DNA of 42,077 nucleotides from an uncultured Azonexus sp. (GTDB lineage Bacteria; Pseudomonadota; Gammaproteobacteria; Burkholderiales; Rhodocyclaceae): NCBI GenBank assembly GCA_937983545.1, contig CALJZP010000217.1, positions 1 to 42,077 of the forward strand, read 5' to 3'. Shown piece by piece: positions 1 to 11,277 of this stretch (position 1 is its first letter; each line of letters starts with the position of its first letter). The notes under the pieces were generated by a model. It saw only the letters and a program-made list of their open reading frames with translations, ran no database searches and was not told where the DNA came from. The position numbers and the translations under genes were made by a program.

Positions 1-206
1 AAGGGCGGCGCCTCGGCCACCATGTCGTTGGTGATGCCGGTCAGCTGCTCGATGAACGGGGGAATCCGCATGCCGGGATTGACCAGCTGCTGCCATTCGC
101 GGACGGACCCATCGTCATCGACCTCGACGATGCCGATTTCGGTGATGCGGTCATGGGTGGCGGTGGCGCCGGTAGTTTCGAGATCGACGAAGGCGAGTGC
201 AGGCAT
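1..206 (-). CDS. DEDDh 3'-5' exonuclease (DNA polymerase III epsilon-like), N-terminal part, truncated by window edge
   Basis: Not in ORF track; manual translation from ATG at 206 gives MPALAFVDLETTGATATHDRITEIGIVEV...LVNPGMRIPPFIEQLTGITNDMVAEAP, with the ExoI motif D-x-E-T-T-G and the LTGI motif of DnaQ-like exonucleases. Confidence 0.85.
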   Translation of the reverse strand, partial: MPALAFVDLETTGATATHDRITEIGIVEVDDDGSVREWQQLVNPGMRIPPFIEQLTGITNDMVAEAPP

Positions 207-352
207 GCCGGTATTTTCGCAGATCGGTGCTGCAGCGCAAAAACGGGATGCGTCAAAACAAGCGCCCGACTTGTCCGAAGGCCATTTCTCCGGCCTGTGA
301 AATCCGGCCGCCAACATGCTATAAACGCTTCCTTTGGCCGCGAGCCGCCGAA

Positions 353-1126
353 ATGACCGATACCGCTTACTGGATATTGCGCAGCGACAACCGCTTGCTG
401 ATCGCCGTCGACGAGACTGCAGGCTCGCCATTTCCGGCCGGCCGGCATCTCGGCGTGCTGCCCGATGGCGGGCTGCACATCGGCGACTGGCAGGGTGCAC
501 GCTGTTATGCCGCCGATGTCGCCGAGCTGCCCGAGCTTGCCGGAGCCGAGCCGACGCCCCTGCGCGCCGTCTTTCAGCTGGCGGGCGGCGAAGCGTTCGC
601 GTTGGCCGGGCGGGCCGTACAACTTCTCGACTGGCAGGCGCAACACCGGTTCTGCGGCCGTTGCGGCACGCCGACCGGGATGCGGGCCGACGAACACGCC
701 ATGCAATGCCCGGCCTGCGGTCTGCTGGTTTATCCGCGCATTTCGCCGGCCGTCATGGTGCTGGTGCGCGATGGCGACCGCTTGCTGCTGGCGCGCAGCC
801 CGCGCTTCAAGCCGGGCGTCTACAGCGCGCTGGCCGGCTTTGTCGAACCGGGCGAAACGCTGGAACAGTGCGCCCGGCGCGAGGCCCGCGAGGAAGTCGG
901 GATCGAGATCGCCAATCTGCGCTACTACGCCAGCCAGCCATGGCCTTTTCCCAATTCATTGATGGTCGCCTTCTTCGCCGATTACGCGGGCGGGGAGATC
1001 GTGCCCGAACCGGTGGAAATCGAGGCGGCGGAATGGTTTTCGCCCGATGCGCTGCCCTTGCTGCCGGAGCCGATCAGCATCTCGCGGCAGCTCATCGATG
1101 CGGCCTTGAGCGAACTGCGCGGCTAA
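353..1126 (+). CDS. nudC: NAD(+)/NADH diphosphatase (NAD-cap decapping Nudix hydrolase)
   Basis: Zn motifs CGRCG/CPACG, Nudix box GFVEPGETLEQCARREAREEVG, signature SQPWPFPNS; start moved to ATG at 353. Confidence 0.93.
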   Translation: MTDTAYWILRSDNRLLIAVDETAGSPFPAGRHLGVLPDGGLHIGDWQGARCYAADVAELPELAGAEPTPLRAVFQLAGGEAFALAGRAVQLLDWQAQHRFCGRCGTPTGMRADEHAMQCPACGLLVYPRISPAVMVLVRDGDRLLLARSPRFKPGVYSALAGFVEPGETLEQCARREAREEVGIEIANLRYYASQPWPFPNSLMVAFFADYAGGEIVPEPVEIEAAEWFSPDALPLLPEPISISRQLIDAALSELRG

Positions 1127-1132
1127 GACGCC

Positions 1133-1945
1133 CTAGAGGCAGCGGCTGCCGCCCATGCGGCTGAACCCCGGTTCGTTGTTCATGCCCGGGCGGATGCAGA
1201 TGGTGACGCCCAGCGAGCGGGCGGCGCGGTCGATATCGGGCGGGAAGGGTGAAAAAGGCACCGAACGCTCGATGACCGCCTTGATGAAAGCCACTTCCTC
1301 GGCCTGGTCGGCGGCATTGAGCACGACGAAGGACTTCAGCGAACCGTCCGGATTCAGGCGGAACTGCACGGCGGCCGTCTGCACGCCGCGATGCCGGCGT
1401 TCGTTGTTGACGAAACCGGCGCTGCGATTCAGCCGCCGCACCAGCGCGTCGAGATACATTTCGAGGCTGAAGGAATTGACTGGCGGGCCGTTCGGGCGCA
1501 GTTCGAGCAGCGCATCGCCGGTTGCATCTTCCCGCGCCATCTGTCGGCCGGCTTCGCGGGCCATTGCCAGCGAGCGCTGTGCCAACGTCGGCTTCGGTAC
1601 GGATTTGGCCTGATTTTCCAGCTCGTTGAGGAAGCCATCCATTTCCGCTTTTTGCGCAACGCTCCATTGGGGTGTCGTCGTGCTACGCGATTTGTCGGCC
1701 GTCAGGATGCGCTGCCTGGGCTTCGCCTTGGCGGCGTTGGCAGCAGCCGGTTTCTGCGGCGCTTCGACGACCGGCTCGACCGCCTTCCGGCTCGGCGCCA
1801 GCCGTGCCTCGATGCGCGAGGCGGCGTTCGGGTCGCCGCGCCGCTCATCGCGCGGCACCAGCAGCACCGCCAGGTGGATCGCCAGTGAAACCACGAACGC
1901 CAGCAGGAGCGCTCGTTGTTCGCGGGATCGTTCGAGACTTTTCAT
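1133..1945 (-). CDS. TonB/TolA-like membrane-anchored protein with TonB C-terminal-like domain
   Basis: N-terminal TM helix with SxxxH (VVSLAIHLAVLLV), Ala/Lys/Pro-rich linker, C-terminal VQFRLNPDGSL...PFSPFPP; start uncertain (1945 or 1954). Confidence 0.65.
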   Translation of the reverse strand: MKSLERSREQRALLLAFVVSLAIHLAVLLVPRDERRGDPNAASRIEARLAPSRKAVEPVVEAPQKPAAANAAKAKPRQRILTADKSRSTTTPQWSVAQKAEMDGFLNELENQAKSVPKPTLAQRSLAMAREAGRQMAREDATGDALLELRPNGPPVNSFSLEMYLDALVRRLNRSAGFVNNERRHRGVQTAAVQFRLNPDGSLKSFVVLNAADQAEEVAFIKAVIERSVPFSPFPPDIDRAARSLGVTICIRPGMNNEPGFSRMGGSRCL

Positions 1946-2039
1946 CGGCGGCATTTTATGCGGGCTGCGCCGACGCCGGGCAATTAATCCCGGGCATTCT
2001 CGTAACACTTGGTAACCGGAGCGGTTGCCCCGACGCGAT

Positions 2040-3617
2040 TCAGCCTTGTTTGCCGGCCGTTACCTGAAAGCGTGCGGCGCTCCGGCAGGCGTCGGCGGTC
2101 ATGGCCTCAAGCCGTTCGTCGGCAGGAGCCAATTCCTCGGCCAGTATGGCTGCCACCTTCCCGATACAGCTTTCGGCCGCTGCCGCGTCGAGGAAAAAGG
2201 CGCGTGTCCGGCGGGCCAGGATGTCGTCGACCGTTCGCGCCTGCTCGTGGCGGATGGCGAAACGAACCATGGCCTCGCTATACGGCAGCGCCGGGTGCAG
2301 CAGGCGATCGTGGCCCGGCAGTTCGGATAGGCACGCTGCTTCGCTACCGAGGACGCTGCCACAGGGTTCGCTCGGGCAGCCGTGCAGCCTCAGGTCGCGG
2401 GTTTTGCAGGAAACCGGGGATAGCCCGGCCAGCATGGCGGCACGGTCGATGACTTGCTCGCCCATCAGTCGGTAGGTGGTCCATTTGCCGCCGGCCACGG
2501 TGACCAGGCCGCTGTCGCTGACTAGGATGGCGTGTTCGCGCGACAGGGCGGAGGTGGTTTTGTTGTCGCTGTCGTGTTCCGGATGGATCAAGGGGCGCAG
2601 ACCGGCGAAGGCGCTGCGGATGTCGGCACGGGTCGGCGCTCGGGTCAGGATGCCGGCTGTCGTGCGCAGCAGGAAGTCGATTTCTTCTTCTAGCGGCTGC
2701 GGATCGTCGAGCCGCTTGAGGTCGGGGCGCGGCGTATCGGTTGTGCCGAGCAGCACCTTGCCTTGCCAGGGGATGGCGAACATGACGCGGCCGTCTTCCG
2801 TTTCCGGTATCAACAGGGCCTCGTTGCCGGGCAGGAAATCGGCGTCGACGACCAGATGGATTCCCTGGCTGGGGGTCAGTAGCGGTGCGCTGTCCGGGCG
2901 GTCGAGCCGGCGAATCCGGTCGCCATGGACACCGGTGGCGTTGATGACGACCTTGGCCTTTATCTCGAATTCTTCCCCGGTCTCGGCATCCCGGGCGAGC
3001 GCGCCGACGATGCGGCCGCCCGCCTTGAGCAGGCCGACGACCGGCAGGTAGTTGAGGCAGGTGGCGCCGTGGTCGACGGCGGTGCGCATCAGCGCGATGG
3101 CCAGGCGGGCATCGTCGAACTGGGCGTCCCAGTAGCGGATGCCGCCGCACAGCCCATCCGGGTTCAAGCCGGGCAGGGCGGCAAGCAGCGCGGCCCGGTC
3201 CAGCCCGGTGGAAGCCGCCAGGCTGTGAGCGCCGGCCAGCCGGTCGTAGAGTTTGAGTCCGGTCCCGTAGAACAGGCGGTCGACTAGCTTCCTGGCGGGA
3301 ATGATGAAGGCGAGCGGATGGACGAGATGCGGAGCGTTGGCCAGCAGATGGGTGCGTTCGTGCAGGGCGCTGCGGACCAGGCCGATGTCGCCCTGGCGCA
3401 GGTAGCGCACGCCGCCGTGGATCAGCTTGGTGCTGCACGAGGAGGTGCCGGAAGCAAAGTCGCGGGCTTCGAGGAGCAGCGTCCGGTAGCCGCGGGCGGC
3501 GGCATCGACGGCGGCACCCAGGCCGCTGGCACCGCCGCCGATGATCAGCACATCCCAGGTGTCCTCGTCGAGCAGCGCGGAGAGGCTTTCGTGGCGGGCA
3601 GGGGGCACGAGCGTCAT
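2040..3617 (-). CDS. glpD: FAD-dependent glycerol-3-phosphate dehydrogenase
   Basis: [35 protein letters not shown]; ATG at 3617 overlaps the glpK stop (ATGA). Confidence 0.93.
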   Translation of the reverse strand: MTLVPPARHESLSALLDEDTWDVLIIGGGASGLGAAVDAAARGYRTLLLEARDFASGTSSCSTKLIHGGVRYLRQGDIGLVRSALHERTHLLANAPHLVHPLAFIIPARKLVDRLFYGTGLKLYDRLAGAHSLAASTGLDRAALLAALPGLNPDGLCGGIRYWDAQFDDARLAIALMRTAVDHGATCLNYLPVVGLLKAGGRIVGALARDAETGEEFEIKAKVVINATGVHGDRIRRLDRPDSAPLLTPSQGIHLVVDADFLPGNEALLIPETEDGRVMFAIPWQGKVLLGTTDTPRPDLKRLDDPQPLEEEIDFLLRTTAGILTRAPTRADIRSAFAGLRPLIHPEHDSDNKTTSALSREHAILVSDSGLVTVAGGKWTTYRLMGEQVIDRAAMLAGLSPVSCKTRDLRLHGCPSEPCGSVLGSEAACLSELPGHDRLLHPALPYSEAMVRFAIRHEQARTVDDILARRTRAFFLDAAAAESCIGKVAAILAEELAPADERLEAMTADACRSAARFQVTAGKQG

Positions 3618-5020
3618 AGCGGGGTCGTCCATCTCAGCGCGCGTTCGACGGCGCGATGCCATTCGCCGAACAAGGCGGCGCGGCGCGTTTCGGGCATGTT
3701 CGGTGCGAAGCGGCGTTCGGCCTGCCACAGCGCCGCCAGTTCGGCTTCGTCCTGCCAGAAACCGACCGCCAGGCCGGCCAGGTAGGCGGCGCCGAGCGCG
3801 GTGGTTTCGGTGACGCGCGGGCGCACCACCGGCACGCCGAGCAGGTCGGCGCTCTGGAAGGCGATGGCTTCGAGCGCGGCGCGGGCAATGTGAGCCTTGG
3901 TCGAACCGCGCGTCAGGCCGAACAGGGCACCGCGTGCCTGCGGGTCCCAATGCGGCGCGCCAAGCCCGGCGTGGGCAGGGACGAGATAGACGCCGCCGTT
4001 GTCCGGCACGCTGGCAGCCAGCGCTTCGACTTCAGCCGAGCTGGAAATCAGCCCCAGCCCGTCGCGCAGCCATTGCACCGTGGCACCGCCCATAAACACG
4101 CTGCCTTCGAGCAGGTAGGTGGTTTGTTCCCGACGCTGCCAGCCGACCGTGCTCAACAGGCGATGGCGCGAGGTCATCGGCTGCTCGCCGGTATTCATGA
4201 GCAGGAAGCAGCCGGTGCCGTAGGTATTCTTGGCCATGCCGTGTTCCAGGCAGGCCTGGCCGAAGGTGGCGGCCTGCTGGTCGCCGGCGATGCCGGCCAG
4301 CGGCACGGCACAGCCCAGCCATCGGGGATCCAGCGCGGCGATCGGCCCGCTGCTGTCGACGATGCGCGGCAGCAGCCGGTGCGGGATGTCGAGCAGGGCC
4401 AGCAGTTCGTCGTCCCAGCACCGGCGATGAATGTCGAACAACAGGGTACGCGCGGCGTTCGACGGATCGGTGACGTGCGCCTGGCCGCCGGACAGATGCC
4501 AGGCCAGCCAGCTATCGACGGTGCCGAAGGCCAGCTCGCCGCGTTCGGCGCGGCTGCGGGCACCCGGAATGTGATCGAGCAACCATTTCAGCTTGGTGCC
4601 GGAAAAGTAGGCGTCGAGCACCAGGCCCGTCCGTTCGGCAAACAGGGCGGCATGGCCGGCGGTACTCAGTTCGTCGCAGATGGCGGCGGTGCGCCGGTCC
4701 TGCCAGACGATGGCGCGGTGCAGCGGCTGGCCGGTGACGCGATCCCAGAGAACGGTCGTTTCGCGCTGGTTGGTGATGCCGACGGCGGCCAGCTGCTCCG
4801 GGCGGATAGCGTTGTCGCGCAACACGGCGCGCGCCACGGCCAGCTGCGATGCCCATATTTCGTCAGCATCGTGCTCAACCCAGCCGGGTTGCGGATAGTG
4901 CTGGGTGATTTCCTGCTGGGCGATACCACGGATGTTTCCGCCACGGTCGAACAGGATGGCGCGACTGCTGGTCGTCCCCTGATCGAGGGCCAGGATGAAA
5001 CGTTCCGTACCGCTGGGCAT
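3614..5020 (-). CDS. glpK: Glycerol kinase with an apparent in-frame internal deletion (possibly inactive)
   Basis: [34 protein letters not shown] all present, but only 468 aa and the conserved LRVDGG..N..LMQFQ segment is missing. Confidence 0.9.
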   Translation of the reverse strand: MPSGTERFILALDQGTTSSRAILFDRGGNIRGIAQQEITQHYPQPGWVEHDADEIWASQLAVARAVLRDNAIRPEQLAAVGITNQRETTVLWDRVTGQPLHRAIVWQDRRTAAICDELSTAGHAALFAERTGLVLDAYFSGTKLKWLLDHIPGARSRAERGELAFGTVDSWLAWHLSGGQAHVTDPSNAARTLLFDIHRRCWDDELLALLDIPHRLLPRIVDSSGPIAALDPRWLGCAVPLAGIAGDQQAATFGQACLEHGMAKNTYGTGCFLLMNTGEQPMTSRHRLLSTVGWQRREQTTYLLEGSVFMGGATVQWLRDGLGLISSSAEVEALAASVPDNGGVYLVPAHAGLGAPHWDPQARGALFGLTRGSTKAHIARAALEAIAFQSADLLGVPVVRPRVTETTALGAAYLAGLAVGFWQDEAELAALWQAERRFAPNMPETRRAALFGEWHRAVERALRWTTPL

Positions 5021-5111
5021 GACAGGCTCCTGCCGGGGAAATGCCGTCAGTATAGCGCTGCCCGCCCGCGCTGATCGCGGGCGATTGCCGGTATGGCGGC
5101 TTATCCGGCGA

Positions 5112-6068
5112 TCAGCACTTGGTCAGCGAGACGGCGTTGATGCAGTAGCGCAGGCCGCTTGGTGCCGGGCCATCGGGGAAAACGTGGCCGAGATGGGCGT
5201 CGCAGACGTTGCAGGTGGTTTCGATGCGCGTCATGCCGTGGCTGGAATCGTCGTGATAGGCCACGACGTCGGGCGACAGGGCCTGGGTGAAGCTCGGCCA
5301 GCCGCTGCGACTGTCGAACTTGCTGCCGGCGTCGAACAACTCGGTGCCGCAGCAGACGCAGGCATAGCGGCCGGGTTCGAAGAGGGCGCACATGGCGGAA
5401 CTGTGGGCGGGCTCGGTGCCTTTCTGCCGGGCGACGTAAAACTGCTCCGGCGTCAGGCGGGTGCGCCACTCGGCCTCGCCGTGTTCGACGCGGCGCGGCG
5501 GCTCGGGGTTGCCGTCGCGTGCCAGGCGCAGCACTCCGGCCCAGGTAAGGATACCGTCCGGCGCCGGGCCGGCGTATCGGCTTTCGGCATCGCGCAGGTA
5601 GTCGATCAGCCGGTCGGCGTCGACATGGTAGTGATTGAAGAGGACCACGCCTTCGGGATCGATCAGGATGAACCACGGCGTCCCGCCGCTGCGGTAGCGT
5701 TGCATCAGTCGGGAACCGGCCCGGTCCGCGCCGGCATCGTGGCCGAAGGGGATGGGCAGGGCGTAGCGCTGCTGGTTGGCGAAGCCGCGCTCCGGCGTGT
5801 TGTGCGCGAATTCCTCGAAGACGGTCTGGACGGCGGCAAAACTGATGGTCGGCGAGCGGCGGAAAGCCTCGAAAAGCTTGGTCAGGGTGGGAAAGCCGCT
5901 GCGGTGGCAGCCCGGACAGTTGTCCTGGAAGCAAAAGATCAGCTTGTAGCGTCCGGGCATGTCCGCCAGTCCGTAGGCGGCCAGGGGCTGGCCGGCCGCG
6001 TCGCACCACGAATCGACGCCCGGTTCCGGCGCGAGTTGATGGGCGATGCCGTAGTCGTTGGTGGCCAT
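5112..6068 (-). CDS. msrB: Fusion of an N-terminal thioredoxin-fold (TlpA/AhpC-TSA-like, CPGC) domain and methionine-R-sulfoxide reductase MsrB
   Basis: N-term FQDNCPGC...[12 protein letters not shown]; C-term [34 protein letters not shown]. Confidence 0.88.
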   Translation of the reverse strand: MATNDYGIAHQLAPEPGVDSWCDAAGQPLAAYGLADMPGRYKLIFCFQDNCPGCHRSGFPTLTKLFEAFRRSPTISFAAVQTVFEEFAHNTPERGFANQQRYALPIPFGHDAGADRAGSRLMQRYRSGGTPWFILIDPEGVVLFNHYHVDADRLIDYLRDAESRYAGPAPDGILTWAGVLRLARDGNPEPPRRVEHGEAEWRTRLTPEQFYVARQKGTEPAHSSAMCALFEPGRYACVCCGTELFDAGSKFDSRSGWPSFTQALSPDVVAYHDDSSHGMTRIETTCNVCDAHLGHVFPDGPAPSGLRYCINAVSLTKC

Positions 6069-6079
6069 GTCGTACTCCG

Positions 6080-7564
6080 TCAGGTTCCGCAGAAAGTCTG
6101 GTAGCAGGCCGTTACCTCGGCCGGGGCCGGTTCGGTATAGGCGATATCGTCGGCGCGCGATTCGAAAGGATTTTGCAGTACCGCCAGCAGTCGTTCGAAA
6201 GGCGCCAGGTTCATCCGGTCCACGGCCTCCGCCAGCGCCTCCTCGACGCGATGATTGCGCGCGATGACCCAGGGATTGGCTCGTTGCATGGCGGTCAGCA
6301 GGGCATCTGCGCGATTCGGCTGGCGGGCCAGCCAGCGGGCGTGCCAGGCGCCGAATCCGGCATCGTTGCCGAACAGCGCCTGCAGCGGGAGCGGATTGCC
6401 GGCGGCCGCGTCGTACAGCGCACGGAAGGCGTTGGTGAAATCAAGCTTGCCCGCTTGCAGCAGCGAGAGGAAATCTTCCGCCAGTTGGCTGTCTTCGCTC
6501 GCCCGGCCCGAGTCATCAAGCCCGAGCTTGCTCCGCATGACGGCCAGCCAATGCACCGCGACCCGTTCCGGAAAGGCCGTGAGCAGCGCCGTGGCGCGGG
6601 CCACCGCCTGCTCGCTGTCGGTATCGATCAGAGCCAGCAGCGATTCGGCCAGGCGCGCCAGGTTCCATTGCGCGATATCGGCCTGGTTGCCATAGGCGTA
6701 GCGGCCGTGCCGGTCGATGGAGCTGAAGACCGTCGCCGGGTCGTAAGCCTCCATGAAGGCGCAGGGACCGTAGTCGATGGTTTCGCCGGAGAGGGTCATG
6801 TTGTCGGTGTTCATCACGCCGTGGATGAAGCCGACGCCCAGCCAGCGGGCGACCAGCAGCGCCTGCCGTTCGGCGACGCCGGCCAGCAGGTCGAGATAGG
6901 GCTGCGTGCTGGCGACCAGTTCCGGGTAATGGCGGGCAATGACGTAATCGGCCAGGCGTTTGACCTGCTCCGGCCCCTGATGGGCGGCAAAGTATTCGAA
7001 CGTGCCGATCCGCACATGGCTGGCCGCCACCCGCGTCAGCACCGCGCCGGGCAGGGCGCGTTCGCGGCGCACCATGTCGCCGGTGGCGACCACGGCCAGC
7101 GAGCGCGTCGTCGGAATGCCCAGTGCGTGCATCGCTTCGCTGACGAGGTATTCGCGCAAGGCCGGCCCAAGGGCGCATTTGCCGTCGCCGTTGCGGGAAA
7201 ACGGCGTCCGTCCGGAGCCCTTGAAAGCGATATCCCGCCGCCGGCCGTTGGCATCGATCACCTCGCCCAGCAGCAAGGCCCGCCCGTCGCCCAATTGCGG
7301 CGAAAAGCCGCCGAACTGGTGCCCGGCATAGGCCTGTGCAATGGGCTCGGCGCCTTCCATGAGGCAATTCCCCACCAGCGCCTCGATGCCCTCCGGCGAA
7401 GCGAGCCGCGCGGGATCGGCACCCAGTTCGCAGGCCAGCGAGGTATTCAGGCGGATCAGGCTAGGCTTGCTGGCCGGTGTCGGTTTCCAGCGGACGTAGA
7501 AATTTTCCAGGTCGCGGACGTAGGTGTTGTCGAAGGCAAAAAGACGGGGGGCTGGGGGAGGCAT
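6080..7564 (-). CDS. selO: Protein adenylyltransferase SelO/YdiU
   Basis: YAGHQFGGFSPQLGDGRA, KGSGRTPFSRNGDG, GFIHGVMNTDN, IDYGPCAF, C-terminal YQTFCGT; start at ATG 7564 inferred. Confidence 0.93.
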   Translation of the reverse strand: MPPPAPRLFAFDNTYVRDLENFYVRWKPTPASKPSLIRLNTSLACELGADPARLASPEGIEALVGNCLMEGAEPIAQAYAGHQFGGFSPQLGDGRALLLGEVIDANGRRRDIAFKGSGRTPFSRNGDGKCALGPALREYLVSEAMHALGIPTTRSLAVVATGDMVRRERALPGAVLTRVAASHVRIGTFEYFAAHQGPEQVKRLADYVIARHYPELVASTQPYLDLLAGVAERQALLVARWLGVGFIHGVMNTDNMTLSGETIDYGPCAFMEAYDPATVFSSIDRHGRYAYGNQADIAQWNLARLAESLLALIDTDSEQAVARATALLTAFPERVAVHWLAVMRSKLGLDDSGRASEDSQLAEDFLSLLQAGKLDFTNAFRALYDAAAGNPLPLQALFGNDAGFGAWHARWLARQPNRADALLTAMQRANPWVIARNHRVEEALAEAVDRMNLAPFERLLAVLQNPFESRADDIAYTEPAPAEVTACYQTFCGT

Positions 7565-7689
7565 CGAAACGAAACAGGGGAGGTTGGAGGCAAAGTCAAA
7601 CCGATGCCGGGTCGCCAAACCCGCCTGCGGTCGCCTTTTCGACGGCGGAGGCCGGGTTTGGTTCCCTTGGCGCCGGCCGACTGTGTCGT

Positions 7690-8115
7690 TTATCGACCGC
7701 CATGTCCGCCCAGGCCGGTGCTGCCGTTTTCTCCCGACAGGCTTTCCAGAATGGGGCAATCCGGGCGTTCGTCGCCGTGGCAACAGCTGACCAGGTGGGA
7801 CAAGGCATTTTTCATCGACTGGAGTTCGTCGAGCTTCCGGTCGAGGAATTCCAGGTGCCGCTCGGCAAGCGCCTTCACTTCCCGGCTGGGACGCGCCCGG
7901 TCCTGCCAGAGTCCCAGCAGGCCCTGGATTTCGCCAAGCGAGAATCCCAGGTCACGCGAACGGCGGATGAACTGGAGGGTGCGCAGATCCTTTTCGCCGT
8001 ACTGGCGATAGCCGGTATCGGATCGGCCGGCCTGGGGCAACAGTCCGATCCCCTCATAGTGGCGAATCATCTTGGCCGAAACGCCTGAAGCCTTGGCTGC
8101 GCTACCGATATTCAT
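7690..8115 (-). CDS. cueR: Cu(I)-responsive MerR-family regulator
   Basis: [24 protein letters not shown]; metal loop [13 protein letters not shown]; ATGA overlap with copA stop. Confidence 0.92.
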   Translation of the reverse strand: MNIGSAAKASGVSAKMIRHYEGIGLLPQAGRSDTGYRQYGEKDLRTLQFIRRSRDLGFSLGEIQGLLGLWQDRARPSREVKALAERHLEFLDRKLDELQSMKNALSHLVSCCHGDERPDCPILESLSGENGSTGLGGHGGR

Positions 8116-10541
8116 TTCTCCGTCCTTTCCACGCCCGTCGTCGCGCTACCCCGCCAATGGCTCAGCAGCAATGCGTTGGCGACCACACTAACACTGCTCA
8201 GGGCCATCGCGGCACCCGCCACGACCGGATTCAGCATGCCCATGGCCGCCAGGGGGATTCCCGATACGTTATAGGCAAATGCCCAGAACAGGCCTTGCTT
8301 GATCTTGCGATAGGTACGACGGGATACGTCGAAAGCGTCGGCCACCAGGCGCGGATCGCCGCGCATCAATGTAATGCCCGCCGCCTCCATGGCCACATCG
8401 GTGCCGGTTGACATGCTCAGCCCGACATCGGCGGCGACCAGGCTGGGGGCATCGTTCAGGCCATCTCCGACCATCGCCACCACGTATCCCTGTTCGCGAA
8501 TCGCCTGGATGGCGTTCGACTTGTCGGCCGGCAGCAATTCGGCGCGAACCTCATCGATGCCGAGTTCGGTGCTCACCGCCCGGGCGCTTCCCTGATTGTC
8601 CCCGGTCAGCATGACGGTTTTTATTCCCAGCTGGCGCAGGCGGGCGACGGCCTGATAGGACGCCGGCTTGATCGTGTCGCCGAAGGCCAGAAGTCCCAAT
8701 AGTTCCGGGCCCGAGTCCGACTGGCGCAGCAGCCAGGAGATGGTCTTTCCTTCGCTTTCCAGCGTTGCGGCGACGGCTGCTAGCTTACCCGGTGCAAGGC
8801 CCTGTTCCTGCATCAGGCGGGCGCTGCCAAGAAGTATCTGCGTCCCGTCCAGCCTGGCTTGCAGCCCCCGTCCGGGCAGCACTTTGGCCTCGCTGACTGC
8901 CGGCAATGCCATGCCGAGTTCGCGCACTTTCTCCATGACCGCGTGCGCCAGCGGATGATCGCTGGTTTGTTGAAGGGCGCCGGCAATCTGCAGAATCGTG
9001 TCTTTCGCGATGCCTTCGGCCGGCTCGAAGGCCACCAGCGCGGGCTTTCCTTCGGTGAGCGTGCCGGTCTTGTCGAAGGCGACGGCGGTCACCGAATGCG
9101 CCAGCTCAAGCGCTTCGACATCCTTGATGAGGATTCCCCGACGAGCGGCCACTCCGGTCCCGGCCATGATGGCGGTCGGGGTAGCCAGGCCCAGGGCGCA
9201 CGGACAGGCGATGACGAGGACGGCAACGGCATTGATGAGCGCCTGCTCCCAGTTCCCCGAATACGCCATCCAGCCGACGAAGGTGACCACGGCAATCAAC
9301 AGCACCGCCGGGACGAAGACCGCGCTTACGCGGTCCACGATGCGCTGAATCGGCGCTTTCGCCGCCTGGGCGGATTCGACCAGGCGAATGATGCGGGCCA
9401 GCGTCGTTTCCGTGCCGGTAGCCATGGTGCGGACATGGAGCAGCCCCTCGCCATTGATCGATCCCCCGGTGACCTTGTCCCCCGAATTTTTTGCGACGGG
9501 CAGGCTTTCGCCGGTAATGAGCGCTTCGTCCACATGACTCTGTCCGTCCACGACTTCGCCGTCCACCGCAATGCGTTCTCCCGGGCGGACCACGACCAGG
9601 TCACCGACCGTCAGCCGTTCAACCGGCGTCATTATCTCCTGGCCATCGACCAGCACCCGGGCGACGCTGGGGCGGAGCGCATTCAAGGCGCGAATGGCAT
9701 CGGCCGTTTGCCGTTTGGCGCGCGCCTCCTGCCATTTGCCCAGCAGAACGAGCGTGATGATGGCGGCAGAAGCCTCGAAATAGAGATGAAAAGCCCCCTC
9801 ATGGCCGCGCTGCACGAGCAGGTAGAGCGATAGACCGTAGGCGGCGCTGGTGCCGAGCGCGACCAGCAAATCCATATTGCCCGCCCCGGCTTTGACGGCT
9901 TTCCAGGCCGCGCTGTAGAAGCGCCACCCCAGCCAGAATTGAACGGGGGTCGCCAAGGCGAGTTGCACCCAGCCGTCGAGCATCCAGTCGACACCGACGA
10001 GACCGAGCAGCATGGGGGCCATCAGTGGTAGCGTCAGCGAGGCGCTCAGGGCAATCGGCCACCATTCGGGAAGGCGATTGCGTGTCGTTTCCGCTCGTTG
10101 TTCCGCGACCGGATCTGCCGTGTAGCCGGCTTTGGCAACGGCTGCGGCGAGGAGGGAAAAGGTCACGCCCGAAAGCGCTTCGACCGTTGCCTTTTCAGTT
10201 GCGAGATTCACGGACGCATTCAGCACGCCGGGGACTTTCAGCAAGGCCTTCTCGACCCGGCCGGCGCACGATGCGCAGCTCATGCCGCCGATTTGGAGCG
10301 CAATGCTTTGTGTCTCAACGCGGTATCCGGCTTCCCGAACGGCCTCCGTCAGCGCCTCGACGCGTACGCCTGGCGCTGTTTTCACCAGGGCCTCTTCGGT
10401 CGCAAGATTGACGCTGCTCTCCGTTACGCCATCAACGCGCAGAAGCGCCTTTTCGACACGAGCAACGCAGGAAGCGCAGCTCATCCCGCCAATACCGAGC
10501 CTGAGCTCAAGAGCCGTATCTGAATTCAAAGTAGAGGACAT
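8112..10541 (-). CDS. copA: Cu(I)-exporting P1B-type ATPase with two N-terminal HMA domains
   Basis: 2x GMSCASC, TGES, CPC, DKTGT, HP, GDGLND, YN and MALSS motifs; ATG at 10541 with GGAG RBS. Confidence 0.93.
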   Translation of the reverse strand: MSSTLNSDTALELRLGIGGMSCASCVARVEKALLRVDGVTESSVNLATEEALVKTAPGVRVEALTEAVREAGYRVETQSIALQIGGMSCASCAGRVEKALLKVPGVLNASVNLATEKATVEALSGVTFSLLAAAVAKAGYTADPVAEQRAETTRNRLPEWWPIALSASLTLPLMAPMLLGLVGVDWMLDGWVQLALATPVQFWLGWRFYSAAWKAVKAGAGNMDLLVALGTSAAYGLSLYLLVQRGHEGAFHLYFEASAAIITLVLLGKWQEARAKRQTADAIRALNALRPSVARVLVDGQEIMTPVERLTVGDLVVVRPGERIAVDGEVVDGQSHVDEALITGESLPVAKNSGDKVTGGSINGEGLLHVRTMATGTETTLARIIRLVESAQAAKAPIQRIVDRVSAVFVPAVLLIAVVTFVGWMAYSGNWEQALINAVAVLVIACPCALGLATPTAIMAGTGVAARRGILIKDVEALELAHSVTAVAFDKTGTLTEGKPALVAFEPAEGIAKDTILQIAGALQQTSDHPLAHAVMEKVRELGMALPAVSEAKVLPGRGLQARLDGTQILLGSARLMQEQGLAPGKLAAVAATLESEGKTISWLLRQSDSGPELLGLLAFGDTIKPASYQAVARLRQLGIKTVMLTGDNQGSARAVSTELGIDEVRAELLPADKSNAIQAIREQGYVVAMVGDGLNDAPSLVAADVGLSMSTGTDVAMEAAGITLMRGDPRLVADAFDVSRRTYRKIKQGLFWAFAYNVSGIPLAAMGMLNPVVAGAAMALSSVSVVANALLLSHWRGSATTGVERTEK

Positions 10542-10570
10542 TTGCGTCTCCAAAGGATTGCCATGAACCC

Positions 10571-10601
10571 ATGATGGAGCTTCCCATGATGGGAAGGTCA
10601 A
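10571..10601 (-). promoter_or_regulatory. CueR-type sigma70 promoter/operator for copA-cueR
   Basis: Minus strand reads TTGACC-19 bp-CATCAT, with the dyad CTTCCC-atcat-GGGAAG overlapping the -35 and spacer; this is the MerR/CueR architecture. Confidence 0.88.
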
Positions 10602-10656
10602 GCGACTTTGCGTAACTTTTTTCAGAACGGATTTTCTGCAGGTCCGCGGCTGCTGG

Positions 10657-11232
10657 TCACCGCTTCCGATAATGCGCTTCGGCCATCTCGGCAGCGGCTG
10701 ACCACAAGGCCGGAGCGCCCCGCTCGATCGGAGGCTGGCAGCGGGCCTTGATCTGTTCCAGCGTCACCGCACACTCCACCCAGGAACCGCCGTCGGTGGC
10801 AGCGTTGTGCAGCATGGGCTGGAAGCGGTCGAGGGCCTTGGCGAACCGGGCGTCGTCGCTCCCGGCGGCTTCGAATTCGTGCCACAGCTCGCGGAACTCT
10901 TCGGCCTGAGCCTCCGGCAGCAGGCCGAAGAGGCGTTCGGCAGCCAGGCGCTCGCGTTCCGCCTGTCCGACGTGCGTGGCGGGGACATGGAATGGAACGT
11001 CGCCGGCGTCGATCTCGACGATGTCGTGGATGAGCAGCATCTTGACGACGCGCAGGATGTCGATCGTGCCGGCCGCATGCTCGGCGAGCACCAGCGCATA
11101 CATGGCGAGGTGCCAGGAGTGTTCGGCGCTGTTTTCTCGCCGTGAGCGGTCGATCAGCGGTGACAGGCGCACAACGGTCTTGAGGCGGTCGATTTCGCGC
11201 AGAAAGGCGAGTTGCTTGTCGAGGTCGGGCAT
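10657..11232 (-). CDS. HD-domain phosphohydrolase (5'-deoxynucleotidase-like, HDDC2/YfbR type)
   Basis: [32 protein letters not shown]. Confidence 0.85.
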   Translation of the reverse strand: MPDLDKQLAFLREIDRLKTVVRLSPLIDRSRRENSAEHSWHLAMYALVLAEHAAGTIDILRVVKMLLIHDIVEIDAGDVPFHVPATHVGQAERERLAAERLFGLLPEAQAEEFRELWHEFEAAGSDDARFAKALDRFQPMLHNAATDGGSWVECAVTLEQIKARCQPPIERGAPALWSAAAEMAEAHYRKR

Positions 11233-11277
11233 GGCGGTCGGTTCGTCGGGAAGAGGCCCGGCAAGTCTAACAGCCTC

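Noticed and set aside
10657-11232. HD-domain gene as immunity or third component of the unknown module
   Set aside because: It belongs to a widespread nucleotidase-like family and has a -10-like TAGACT in its own 45-bp upstream gap; adjacency alone is insufficient
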